Shown piece by piece: positions 1 to 10,860 of a stretch of DNA of 64,000 nucleotides. The notes beneath the pieces are model-generated. The model was not told the DNA's origin. It worked only from the letters and a program-made list of their open reading frames with translations, and did no database searches. The stretch spans positions 21,452,001 to 21,516,000 of the forward strand of contig CM060734.1 of the NCBI GenBank assembly GCA_030704615.1, written 5' to 3'. Source of the stretch: Takakia lepidozioides. Its lineage: Eukaryota > Plantae > Bryophyta. The position numbers and the translations under genes were made by a program. Position 1 is the first letter of the stretch, and each line of letters starts with the position of its first letter.

Positions 1-1135
1 CAGAGTCATCTTCTTCCAAGGGATCCTTGGAATCTTTGCTTCTGCTCTGATGAAATCCCAATTCCAATTTATTTGCAGTTCCTACTGCTTCAGCCAAAGT
101 GTTGTTAGGCATGACTGTAACCATGGTTATATATTCAGGACAAAGTCCGTTGATGAACCATGATTTTTGCAAATCATCCCCTGGTGCTTGAGGTAGCTTC
201 TTGATCAGAGTCTTCATTCTCTCCAGGTAGTCGACTACCAGTTCTTTCTTTTTCTGTCTCAGGTTCTGTAATCCTGTGAAGATTTCAGACGTGGATTTGT
301 TGGATCTATATCTTTCTTGAAACGCGGCTCTCATATCCGCCCAATTTGCAAAGTGATTTGCTGGAAAGGTTGCCAACCATTCAATGCCTTTCCTGGCCAT
401 TGAACAAGGAAATAATCGGATCTTTTCCTGGTCTGTTGCTTCATTGTAAATGGTGCACATGTTCTCAAATTGATTAAGATGGATATCTGGATCAGATTTC
501 CCATCATATAAAGGGAACGACGGTCTGGTTTTGCTCGCTGCTAAAGCCATTGGTGCAGCTGGTGCAACTGGTTGTCCAAACTGGGATGGTCCCGCTGCTG
601 CTGGCTGTGGTGGTGTTGGTGTTTGTCTTCCAAACAGTGATTCAAATCTAGGAGGACTTTGTCTCAATGATAGCCGTCTTCCAGCTGCTGTCCCAACTAA
701 GCTTAATGAATCTTTAAAAGTTTTGAGTGCAGTTCTGGTTATCCTTTCTAGAGAAGTAGGTTCACTTCTTTCACCTTCTTCACTCAGAATGTTCTCAAAT
801 CTTTCTTCTAATATTTTAGCAAAGCCTCGATTTGGACTTGTTACTGTAGAAGGTCCTTCAGATCTTTCTTGTGGTAACCATTCATCAAGTGCATTACTGG
901 CAACTTCTTCTGATGTCCCACTTCCCACCGATCCGATTTCCTGATCTTCTGGTTTATCACTGTCAATTTGTCTTGTTGTCTCACCTTGAATAATATTCAA
1001 GTTCTGTAATTTTGGGAACTCTTCTCTTAACCGAGCCTCCCTTTCTGCAGCATATTTCTCTATTCGTTCAGCTCTGTCTTGCTTAGCTTTTTCTTTAATC
1101 TCCTCATTCATTCCCACATCATATGCAGAATTCAT
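1..1135 (-). CDS. gag (Retrotrans_gag-like), family A, partial at window edge
   Basis: Open frame from ATG at 1135 to the window edge: ...FPLYDGKSDPDIHLNQFENMC...IRLFPCSMARKGIEWL...LQNLRQKKKE...WFINGL. Homologous to the family B gag at 30724-31881. Confidence 0.85.
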   Translation of the reverse strand, partial: MNSAYDVGMNEEIKEKAKQDRAERIEKYAAEREARLREEFPKLQNLNIIQGETTRQIDSDKPEDQEIGSVGSGTSEEVASNALDEWLPQERSEGPSTVTSPNRGFAKILEERFENILSEEGERSEPTSLERITRTALKTFKDSLSLVGTAAGRRLSLRQSPPRFESLFGRQTPTPPQPAAAGPSQFGQPVAPAAPMALAASKTRPSFPLYDGKSDPDIHLNQFENMCTIYNEATDQEKIRLFPCSMARKGIEWLATFPANHFANWADMRAAFQERYRSNKSTSEIFTGLQNLRQKKKELVVDYLERMKTLIKKLPQAPGDDLQKSWFINGLCPEYITMVTVMPNNTLAEAVGTANKLELGFHQSRSKDSKDPLEEDDS

Positions 1136-1149
1136 TTTCAGCACCCTTT

Positions 1150-1745
1150 AATCAGTCTTGGTATGTCAGTAAAGAAAATTTATAGTGGTCTCTACCATTT
1201 CTCCAAGATTTACCCTATCTTGCCAGAATCCGTATTACGACTTAATTTTATTTTTAACTGATTGATCACCAAACTTTTAATGGGCACAATAATACCATCT
1301 GTCTTTCTCAGTATATCTGACTTGCAACAAGTCTTTGGGTATCCAGTACTCCACTGCTTCTATGATCATGTGACAATATTCATAATTTGAACATCCTTCT
1401 CTGAAAATATAACTAGTGTAGCAAACTTTTCTAATTGGGATTAGAGTAATCAATAAAGCTAGACGAGACAACCATTCTTCACTTCTGATTCTACATTCCC
1501 AAGGTGCTCGTGTAAATACTGATCACTCATTCCTTCAATCCCCATTTGTCATCTTCTTTCGTAATTGAAAGAAAGATCTTCTGTTGTATTGTTATTGGTA
1601 AGCCATGAAATTTTTTCAGGAATGTTTTCCATTCTTTTGCTTCTGTCGACTCGTTCTTTTGTGATTTCAAGAAATCACTGAGTAACCATCCTTCCTTGAG
1701 TACACTTGAACTCAACATACTGTTAGTCCCCAGTATGGTCGCCAA
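1150..1745 (-). pseudogene. Extra 5' ORF of unknown function between PBS and gag (disrupted)
   Basis: ORF pieces 1527-1745 and 1277-1471 align by eye with ORF 32422-33000 (shared WGL, WLxxL, WIPKDxL motifs). Confidence 0.7.
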
Positions 1746-1746
1746 A

Positions 1747-2617
1747 TATTAACCGCTAGTTTATGACTTAGGCAAAACAGGCTAACAACATTACTGCCCA
1801 TTTCCTAAGACATGCAACAGAGGTTGTCCGACGGTATGCTTTCAGAAACGATTACGAAGTAATCGTTTTCAGGATAGCTAAGCTATGAACGTCGTATGAA
1901 GCCATATCACTACAGGCTGCTTAATCATATTGATTAAGCCTAATCTATAGTCTATTTGGCATAATAGGCCTTAGTCAAAAGGACTGAAGCCTCTTTGTTC
2001 AGATAAACAGATGGTAGTCAAGACAAAACAAGAATTATGCTGAGATGATACACATTCTCACCATCTCACGTTCTCTCATAATGCACATTATCTCCATCTC
2101 ACATTCACTCTACACAGAGATATTTTGAATAGCATGGCTTTACTTCAGAGTTCGTCACATCATCACAGAAGTATATCCTGAATACACACTGATCACTGAT
2201 ACTCATACTCATATTGCTCTCCCTCTAAGTTGCGTGCATCCTTTTTATACTATGCTCGAAAGAGCCGTTACAGTCTGCGATCGTTAATGACCGTTTGCCT
2301 AACTGCCTACGCAACCTAAAAGGTTTGCTAAAAAAGTGGCTCGTTGCAGTGGTCGTGAGCCATAGTAGTAAACGGTCCACTACTCCCTCTATTGGTTAAA
2401 GCCGATGCTAACGTGGCCGTGTGATATCGTGGTTCACGGCCCACGGTTACTACACTACCCACTACTGCTCCCGTGGTAATGTACCCTTGTCCCGCCATTT
2501 GCTAAGTACCGCGTACTTAGCCGTCTCTGCCTGTGGCCAGGTAGTGTACGTCCATCACTACCCGGTATGTCCCGTTGTGACCCTCGTTGTCTATCCCTCG
2601 TAGCATAGCCGTTATCA
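1747..2617 (-). repeat. LTR family A (5' LTR, about 871 bp)
   Basis: tattaaccgc...gccgttatca matches tgttaaccgc...gccgttatca at 43348-44220 (terminal TG mutated to TA here). PBS is adjacent. Confidence 0.92.
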
Positions 2618-2977
2618 GATGCGAAAATGGGGGAATGGTGGCAGGAGTGACCTTACGGGATGCAACGCCACTCCGCAAATTTCGGTTACGTACCATCGCA
2701 TAATTCAACTGCTTCCGGGGGCATTAGGGTTCACGGGTACAAAGGAAATACCGGAAATACAAAAGATTTTATTCAAGCAACAAACTAGAGGAGGCGCCTA
2801 TGGGTGCCGATTCTGCCATAGCGAGCGGTCATAGGGTGAGCCCGCAGAATCAGCACCCAGCGGCGCCTTCACTGGCGTTACCGATTTCTGATGAAGATTC
2901 AACTATTCACCATTATGCATATTTTAGTGTTGCTCATGGATCATCTCCACTAGGTATATCTGCAGATTGTTCACTGT

Positions 2978-4069
2978 TTGGAGAGTAAATTAGCTAAGAC
3001 AAATATGGGCGTGGTCTTTGCTGATATCAATAATCTTCCTGCGAAGTCAGCAATTAAAAAATTTGAGGTTCACATTGATGATGAGGAGGACCTCCACTTG
3101 CAATGGTTACGTGACAGTGAACTTGAGAGGCTATCTAGTGTGAGCAATCTGTTTCCGGTCGATGCTCCAGAATTAAAGGATGCTCATTTTAGCACTGACT
3201 CTGACGAAGCCTTCTTGCTAGAAGAGCCGACCTTAGGTGCTTGTGATGTTGTTGTTACTGACAAAGAGATCGACTATCTGCGACGTGGTTTTCATAAGCT
3301 TGATCAGAAGGAAGTTGATGAAGTGGCGAAAGGGGGGCGCATAAACTCCAGAGACATCAAAAAATGGGCCAGAAACCGCTTTGAGGCTTGGAGGAAAGTG
3401 ACGGGGACTGGAATACAATCAAAGTCAATTGAGGATCTCTTCGAGCAGCGCCTTCCTGAGCTTGTCAATATGCTGTCAGATTTCTTCTTACAGGTTAAAC
3501 GAACAGATGGAAAACCATATCCAGGAGAGACATTGGTCACACTGCTGCGGGCAATAGGACGACTAATTCGAGCTAGGTGTGAGCAACGTGCAGTGGAGAC
3601 TAGCAAATCCGCCGAAGAGTTTATCATTGTGAATGATGCTCGATTCAAGAAAGTTTGCCTAGCTTGCGTGACTTCAGTGAGGCGATCTGTTAAAGCTAGC
3701 ATTGGCAGAAAGAGAAAGGTGATTGTACCTTTGACATATGAGATGGGCAAAAAGATATTGGATCAGCCTATGATGTCTCGCACTGATCGACGAGGCTGTG
3801 TCATGAGAGTCGCTTACTATGTGATGCATAATTTCTGTAGTAGGGCTCAGAAAGAGCTTTACAACATCATGGATTTCTCTATTGCCAGTGATAATGTGAA
3901 TGGAAAACATGTCAGATTTGATGAGCGTGAGAGCAAGAACCACAAGATGAATTTGAAGCACTGTCAACCTGAGAAATTGCGCAGGACAGTGACTTGTAAC
4001 CATCTTGACGTTGTTGCGACCTTTGAAACCTACTTCGAGCATCTGCCACATTGGAACGACGAGCCCTGA
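2978..4069 (+). pseudogene. Crypton-type / DUF3504 (ZMYM/QRICH1-like) tyrosine recombinase, 3' truncated
   Basis: Motifs LSDFFLQVKRTDGKPYPGETLVTLLRAIGRLIR, PLTYE, YYVMHNFCSRAQKE (R...E of YR box I), FDERESKNH and DVVATFETYFEHLP follow the DUF3504 pattern. The ORF ends at the junction with an L1 fragment. Confidence 0.72.
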
Positions 4070-6660
4070 AAAAAATACGCCGTCATCTTCTCCCCCTTTA
4101 AAGACCAGTTTACTCCAGCCCGAATCCTCATGAAGTTTTCAGCATCTGCATTCAGGATGGCCAGGTTGCGCTTAGCTTCCATATAAGAGTCCATGGTGAC
4201 AGAGCCAGGTCTTCCACTTTCCAACCTTCGTTGACAATGTGACAAACACTTGAGGAGGGCTTTGCAATCGTAGGGGAAGAGAAACCAGGAGCAGAAGAGG
4301 CCCAATGTTGCTCAAGCGCCTGAAGATGATTTGGATTCTTCAGAATACTAGGATTGAGCTTGAAGTACCCACGACCTCTCGAATGCATCCCCGGTGGGTC
4401 AAGAGAGATTGTTACATGCACATAAGTCGGGAAGAATTGACCCTTGGGGCAAAGGTCTTGACCAGGTCAGAGGCACAACAATACAGTATATCTTGTCCAA
4501 ACAAGCCATGGAAAGCTGAGGTGGCTGCCTTAGATTTGACCATGTGAACTTTAGCCCTGCCTGTGTATCGGAACAGGAGTCAGTGAAGCCCACAGAGAAA
4601 CATAGCTGATCCCAAGCATTTTGCTCTTCATCAGAGAGAACAAAGGAAGAGTGATTAAGAAGGTCATTGAAGTTGTCAACCATGTTGAAATCCCCTGCCA
4701 TAATCCAATTTTGAACCTCAGGGAATCGCAAGATGTTGCTCCTGATTGAGTCCCACAAATGAGCTCTTTCCAGGGAAGAGTTGGGCGCATAGATATTGAT
4801 AAAAGCCGTTTGACCGTAGCAGGAAGTAGCATGGGTGAAGGCGCATTGCACCCGCCCTTGAACCCATATGAGAACTTCTCGAATTGAAGAGGATAAAGCC
4901 GGGGAAGCAAGGATTGCAATGCCTCCACGAGAGGATGCCACAGTCGGGTTCCACCACGCTGCATGCGAAGGCCAGAAAGTAGAACCAATGGAATTGATCT
5001 TGATGGCATCGAGCTTAGTTTCTTGCAGGAAAATGAGAGTAGACGAATTCTGCAAAGAGGATGCCCAGGATTTTATCCTTCTTCTTTTGGGCATAGAGGC
5101 ATCAGAACCTATGCCCCGTATATTCCACAAATAGAGAGACCAAGTCATGTAGGAAAAGAATCGCAGCCCATGAAACGGATTTCATGAAATGATGGCTGAC
5201 AGGGTCTGCCCATCCACTTTGGCAAGCATAAGGCTGAACAGAGCGAAAGGAGACCAGGAAACAGAAGGCAAGTCTCAAGGATGGAGAGGCAAACTTTGTG
5301 TTTCAGACTGAGGATATGGAGCAGATTCAAGAAGCAAGTGGAGCTGCCTGTCCACAGAGGTTTATTGGAGGTCCTTCCAAGAATCCACAGAAGACTATAA
5401 CAGTTCATAGCAGTGGATATGCTAAACCAGCATGAGGGAGGCAAGGAAAAGTTGCTATGAAGAATGCAAACCACAACTGAGCAGGGAGCCAAACGAGGAC
5501 CAAAGGATGCTGAGTCAAAGAAACAATGCAACTGAGAGCAAAAGATGGCAGCAGAGCTCACCGGAGAGGGGGAGACCATAGTTGCATCCGAGATCTTGAA
5601 TATCTTGTCGGAGGGGGGGGGATTCTGATTCAGTGGGTGCATTTCTCTGGGAATATAAGATTTGTTCCACTACGTTCATCCCTGCATTGTAGATGGCCGT
5701 TAGAAAAGATCTGTTCCCTATGTCTCCAAAATCCGAAGGGAGTTGCTTGCCTGACAGCCATGTCATAGAAGAGATAGAAGAATCTTTGAGGCAGAGCTCT
5801 GATATAATGACAGTAGGAAGGAGCTGGGTCCATAGAAAAATTGCCAGAAGAGCAGCGATGCAAGAAAGAGCCAAAGAGGATGGAAGTGTCCGAGGAAATC
5901 GAAAGATATGGCAAGAGAGAGAGGAAAATGTTATGGACTTTAGAGAGGAGGGTATCAATCTCTTTTCCTGGAGAGAGGGAATGTAGGTCTTCCGGAAAGA
6001 ACCAAGAGCCAGCAAAGGTATCACCACCCGTGGCCAAAAGAGCAGGGGAGCCTTCAAGGGAGCCATACTAGATGATTGGGGTATCATGTATAGCAACAGA
6101 AAGAGGCCCTTCCGGGGCAAAATCATCTGGAAGACCTAGACGTCTAAAGGATTTCAATCTGCTGCAGAATGCGCCGAGGTTGTCAGGCTCTCCTTCCGCC
6201 AAGATGAATTTTGCAGCTTCAGCTCTTGATCTGGCGAGATTGGATATAGGCGAGATAAGAACCTCTGTTGGGCTAAGAATATGAGAGGGGGAAGGGGAAG
6301 AGATCACCCGGGGCTTCTTGGGCGGACGGGCATCACTAAGGGATGCTTCTTCTCTGGCACGTTGAGGAGCCAAAGGAGATTGCAACCTTACTAGAGCAGC
6401 CGCCACCACATTGCCCTGAGCAGCAGCCACCGGAGAAAGCAGATTAGAACATTTAGTTTTCTTGTTCAAGGGGCAGTCCGCCTTGACGTGACCCTCCAAG
6501 TGACACATGTGACAAAGGATACTCGAGCTTTCTTCTATGATAGCAACAAAGATGAAAGAATTATCTAAAGTATGAAGTTTGAGAGATTCAGATGATGAAA
6601 CCTGTGAGACTTTATTTACAACATGTACAATGGTTGAACGTGCATATGATGTGAAGTTCC
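4067..6660 (-). mobile_element. L1-clade LINE fragment: ORF1 C-terminal part plus ORF2 APE endonuclease; RT missing
   Basis: ORF1 knuckle CHMCHLEGHVKADC (6068-6688). Endonuclease WNIRG...FLQETK...NIYAPN...AGDFN...FTWSN...LDKIY (4399-5148). Linker WSLKGEKMTAYFF ends at about 4067. Confidence 0.88.
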
Positions 6661-9600
6661 CAAAAAGGGGGGGAGGAACAAGAAACAAGAGAAGAAAACA
6701 AAAAGCTATAGTAAGCTACTCAGCTAGAGAAAAAAACAAAAGCTATAGTAAGCTACTCAACCAGCGACGAAAACAGAAGCTATAATAAACTACTCAAGCA
6801 GAGCGACCCTCCCAACCAACAGCCTGGAGGAGATCAGGCAAGGAGATAGGCAAAGTGTCATGCAGAGGCGGAAGACGAGATGACGCAGAGCTAGCCACAT
6901 CAGCCCGATGCAAAATAGAGATGGCTTGTGCTCTCTGCAAAGCAACTGAAACACGTTGTCGATAGTAGGCGACAAGGACGGAGGCATGTGGGATGCCAGT
7001 GGACCCGCTCTTGGCTGCATGATGTGCACATGTCTGCAGGAAATCCTCGAAGTGCCGGTGCAATGAGCCAAATATCTCGACCGCTAGTGGAAGAAATGTG
7101 TCGGTGGGGTGACGATCGCTGTAGTCGCGTTCCTTGGCCTGGGCTACTACAGTGGTTGTCGTGCCTGGTGTGGTAGCTGCGCGAGATAGCAGATCCGCTT
7201 GAGTGGGGTCGGCGAGAACGACATCTGCTAAGGTACGCAAACCATCTCTAGATAGGACGATGTCAACACGGCGGCGTGTAGAGTGGGATGTGAGCGTGGG
7301 TCGTAGATGTGGTTGCTCACGCAGTACATGATACCTTGTCTCCCGAGCAATAGATGTCACCGCATCGCGAACCATATCATGAGACGCAGTGCGCTCACCA
7401 CCACATGGACAGCGGAGGAGATGGATGGCAAGGTCATCGATGGGCTGAAGACAGACGCAGCGCTGAAGGCCCAATGCCGAAGGATGAGGCAAACCGAGTC
7501 GAAGGCGAAGCGCAGTAGTGAAAATAGGGGATGAGAGGCGAAAAGGTGCGATAGTGGGTCGTGCTGTCAACCATGCCCCTACTCCGGGTCCTGCGCATGA
7601 TAGAAGTCGGGCTCGATGCAACTTGGAAGAAGCACTTGAGAGCATGCCGGAAAAGGAATGACGGTGCACGCGCTCGGAAATGGACTCCTGAAGATGGTCG
7701 AGGCCTTGAGCAACCAACTGCTCAAATGGTGGTAGACATGTTCGCGCCGGTGCCGAAAGAAGATCTCGTGCAGAGCGGAGATGCTGCTGGAAGGGTAAAA
7801 TGCCACTGTTGACATGTGCAACGGCGTCCATAAGGATGGGACGATGGTCACAGAGAAATCGTGAAGCGAGGGCTGGCGCCACCAATGCCCAACTGCCGAG
7901 GAAAGCTAACGAGGCGGTAGTGACAGTGGACAAAAGACCCACACCACCGGAAGAGACGGGCAAGGTGGCTTGCTGTTGTGGCAAAAGTCCCTGAGCACCC
8001 TCCAGAGCTTCTGGTCCTAACAATCTCCCGAAGATAGTCATCATGGTATCAAACCCAGATAAGAGGTGTGGGAAATCTGGGCTGGGTGGAACAGTGCGCA
8101 AGAGATATGAGAGACGCTGAAGGAAATATTTGGTCAAGATTCCATATGCTACCTGTACATCTCCGAGCCTAGGAAGGAGATCGGCGTGGATGGCATCCTG
8201 GTGGAGTGCATCTTCCAAGAAGGACGTTGTGAACTGGGTGGTGCCAAAAGGGACTCCCAGGATTCTGATGCCATTGGGCGGAGCAATAAAGTGAGCAGGG
8301 AGGACAAAATCTGCAGGGAAACCGGACGGAGACCACACCGCACATTTGCAAGGTTGCACTGAAAGGCCCACGGCAGAGAGTTGGGTGACAAAATGATAGT
8401 AAGCTGAAAGTACCTGTGAGGCAGGGCCTACAATGTGCGTGTCGTCTGCCACCGACGGAAAAAGACAAGATGAGTGAACTTGTGCAGAAGCCGTGAGGGC
8501 GCGGACATGAGCCATGCCAAACAAAGGTCCTCCTAAAGGGTCGCCTTGGCGGGTCCCAATCTCGGACTGAATGATGGAGCACTCACCTAGGCGAGAATGA
8601 TGACTGTAGTATAGGGGAGTGGTGGATGCATAGAATAATCGAACAAATGGAATGAGCTGGTGGAAATCTCCTCCGGCTGAACGAAGCTCCTGAAAGATAG
8701 CCGCTCGTGACACAGTGTTGAAAGCGTTGGTGACGTCGACCTGGAGAACCACCCAATCCGGATGAAGATCAAGCGCTGCACGAATCCCCTGAACCACCGC
8801 CTCGCAACCGCCTGGAGTGGCGACCCCGAACTGGTGCGGAAAGAGGTGTCCGGAGAAGGCATCTCGAAACTGAAGACAAAGTGAGCGACTGACAAGGCGG
8901 TAAAGAACCTCTCCAACTGCAATAGGGCGGATGCCAGTACCTGAGGGTTTGCTCATAGCCAACAATCTGGAGGCCCCAAGGAGACGGGCCACTGGGGCAG
9001 GGATACGGCCAGCAGCAATAAAGGAGCAAATTTGAAATAGCTGAGAGAAGCCACTAGCAGAGTCCTGTGGAGAGAAACAGTCGCGTAAGTGCTCATACAG
9101 GAGACCGGAAGGACCTGCCGCTGCAAGATGGGGACTGCGCGTGAAGGCCTGAGTGAAGACCTCCCGATCTAGCTTGAGATCCTGGTCTGGCTCGAAGTCC
9201 TCAACAAAAAGCGGCAGAATATCCTGAGCTGATGGGTGAAGGGCTTCGAGGGCAGTGACAGTATCCGGTGATGGAGGCGCTGGTGAGGAAGGTGCTAAAG
9301 CCTTGGCCGCGCGTGAGTACTCGCCAACGCGGCCTAACATGAGACTATGACGAAGTTGTCTGTGGGCCGATGAGGGAGGCTGCGTGGAGGAAGCGGGAGG
9401 GGCGCGTGCCGCAAGGGCTAGTGCCTATAATTGATGCTCATCTTGCAAGCTCTCCCAATCTCCAGATAAAAAACGGCGAAGACGGATGCGCGTCTCTCTA
9501 TGCCCTGACTGACCGCCACGAGGGGGCAAAACCAAACACCACTAAGGAAATAACAAGAAAAGATACCATGCTGGTATATCATCAAGATCACGAGCCAGCC

Positions 9601-9737
9601 TGTCTAAGGGTAGACGGAGTGCCAGTTGGACCTCATGACGTAGTGCCACCGGAATTCTTGTATAAAGACGAGGCCTTGGCAGTCCTAGCTGAAATGCGCC
9701 CAGAACATCTAGCGTTGAAAGCCAATGCCAAGCAGAG
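6661..9737 (-). mobile_element. CRE-clade non-LTR retrotransposon (RT + restriction-like endonuclease), inserted in L1 and interrupted at its 5' side by the gypsy-DNMT LTR
   Basis: Single long ORF with CRE-type motifs. The frame continues upstream to 9737 (AWYLFLLFP*WCLVLPPRGG) with stops. The 3' UTR has a triplicated motif. Confidence 0.85.
6794..9340 (-). CDS. CRE-like reverse transcriptase - CCHC zinc finger - RLE endonuclease (848 aa open frame)
   Basis: RPIAVGE, HQFGVATPGGCE, DVTNAFN, GTRQGDPLGG, ADD (RT); CVC...HLLRC, RTASHD, RVD...DV, AKERDY, FLPLAVEIFG (RLE). Confidence 0.9.
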   Translation of the reverse strand: MLGRVGEYSRAAKALAPSSPAPPSPDTVTALEALHPSAQDILPLFVEDFEPDQDLKLDREVFTQAFTRSPHLAAAGPSGLLYEHLRDCFSPQDSASGFSQLFQICSFIAAGRIPAPVARLLGASRLLAMSKPSGTGIRPIAVGEVLYRLVSRSLCLQFRDAFSGHLFPHQFGVATPGGCEAVVQGIRAALDLHPDWVVLQVDVTNAFNTVSRAAIFQELRSAGGDFHQLIPFVRLFYASTTPLYYSHHSRLGECSIIQSEIGTRQGDPLGGPLFGMAHVRALTASAQVHSSCLFPSVADDTHIVGPASQVLSAYYHFVTQLSAVGLSVQPCKCAVWSPSGFPADFVLPAHFIAPPNGIRILGVPFGTTQFTTSFLEDALHQDAIHADLLPRLGDVQVAYGILTKYFLQRLSYLLRTVPPSPDFPHLLSGFDTMMTIFGRLLGPEALEGAQGLLPQQQATLPVSSGGVGLLSTVTTASLAFLGSWALVAPALASRFLCDHRPILMDAVAHVNSGILPFQQHLRSARDLLSAPARTCLPPFEQLVAQGLDHLQESISERVHRHSFSGMLSSASSKLHRARLLSCAGPGVGAWLTARPTIAPFRLSSPIFTTALRLRLGLPHPSALGLQRCVCLQPIDDLAIHLLRCPCGGERTASHDMVRDAVTSIARETRYHVLREQPHLRPTLTSHSTRRRVDIVLSRDGLRTLADVVLADPTQADLLSRAATTPGTTTTVVAQAKERDYSDRHPTDTFLPLAVEIFGSLHRHFEDFLQTCAHHAAKSGSTGIPHASVLVAYYRQRVSVALQRAQAISILHRADVASSASSRLPPLHDTLPISLPDLLQAVGWEGRSA

Positions 9738-10443
9738 TGTCGTGCGCATACATATCGCTACACAACTACATCGCTGTCCAAAACCACACAACACATGTGC
9801 ACACCACACACTAGTATACCACTAGTCTACCACTAGTCCAGCCACTAGTCCAACCACTAGGCTACAACTAGTCAGTCACTAGGCTGCCACTACGCTGCCC
9901 ACTATGGCAGTCACTAGTCCACACAATGATAAAGAGGAAGGATACAAGCACAAGCTCATGCGAGCTCACAAAGCTGAAGCATAAACTCATGCATATATAA
10001 CCTCATCACTCAAATACAAGTCAAGCCAAGTGCACCCCACGCCATGGGGAATCCACACTACGGCGCCATAGCTAGGCGCGGTGAGGCTCAACTCGAGAAA
10101 GATGAGCCTCCCACGCTTGCCGTGAAGATAACCACTCCAGGGCCTAAATCTGCCTTGACCCCTGGATTGACACTTGGGCCAATCCCAAATGTCAATATGT
10201 AAAAGATAGCTATTTCCTAGCTAGTTTCACACTAGTGGTAAAATAACTTGACAGCTGTCGTGCGCATACATATCGCTACACAACTACATCGCTGTCCAAA
10301 ACCACACAACACATGTGCACACCACACACTAGTATACCACTAGTCTACCACTAGTCCAGCCACTAGTCCAACCACTAGGCTACAACTAGTCAGTCACTAG
10401 GCTGCCACTACGCTGCCCACTATGGCAGTCACTAGTCCACACA
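9738..10443 (-). repeat. 3' LTR region containing two identical 188-bp TG..CA direct repeats (9738-9925, 10256-10443)
   Basis: tgtcgtgcgcata...ctagtccacaca is present twice, 330 bp apart. The repeat is rich in CACTAG units and the PPT is adjacent to 10443. Confidence 0.8.
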
Positions 10444-10703
10444 ATCGCCCCCCTAGCTGGTGCTTAGGTCCCTCTAAGTCCAGGTAGCCACAAGATGTGA
10501 TAGTGACCATAGCCTCACTAAGTCCTCCACCACTATCCCTACTACACTCAAACTCGATAGATCAAGAGGCCGGGTGCAAGAGTTGCCCCATCGTTAGTCG
10601 CCGTCTTGCAACCCGTGAACTTGAGCTTGGGATCTTATGTATTGACTCCTATGAGCTTGGCCTCCCATGTCTTGTTAGCTGCCTCCAGTCATGTCCACTG
10701 CCA

Positions 10704-10860
10704 CTATCCCAAGCAGTGTGGACACAACCAATCTCCGTCAGGCACCTTCTCAAGAGGTGGTGTCAAGCATCCCATATGCCAACCCCTTGAGCACGATCAC
10801 ACACCAGCATGGTGGCTGCCCCTTTGGCAGACCCACAGAGCATGCACCTCAAACCTGCAG
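10704..10860 (-). pseudogene. PHD finger at integrase C-terminus (1-nt frameshift near 10793)
   Basis: Restoring one base gives [49 protein letters not shown], a C4-H-C3 PHD consensus. Confidence 0.88.

Larger units (their letters stand above)
1..2617 (-). mobile_element. Ty3/gypsy LTR retrotransposon family A, copy 1 (5' LTR, PBS, extra 5' ORF, gag; runs off window start)
   Basis: LTR 1747-2617 is nearly identical to 43348-44220. PBS TGGCGACCATACTGGG lies on minus at about 1728-1744, followed by a retrotransposon gag frame. Confidence 0.9.
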
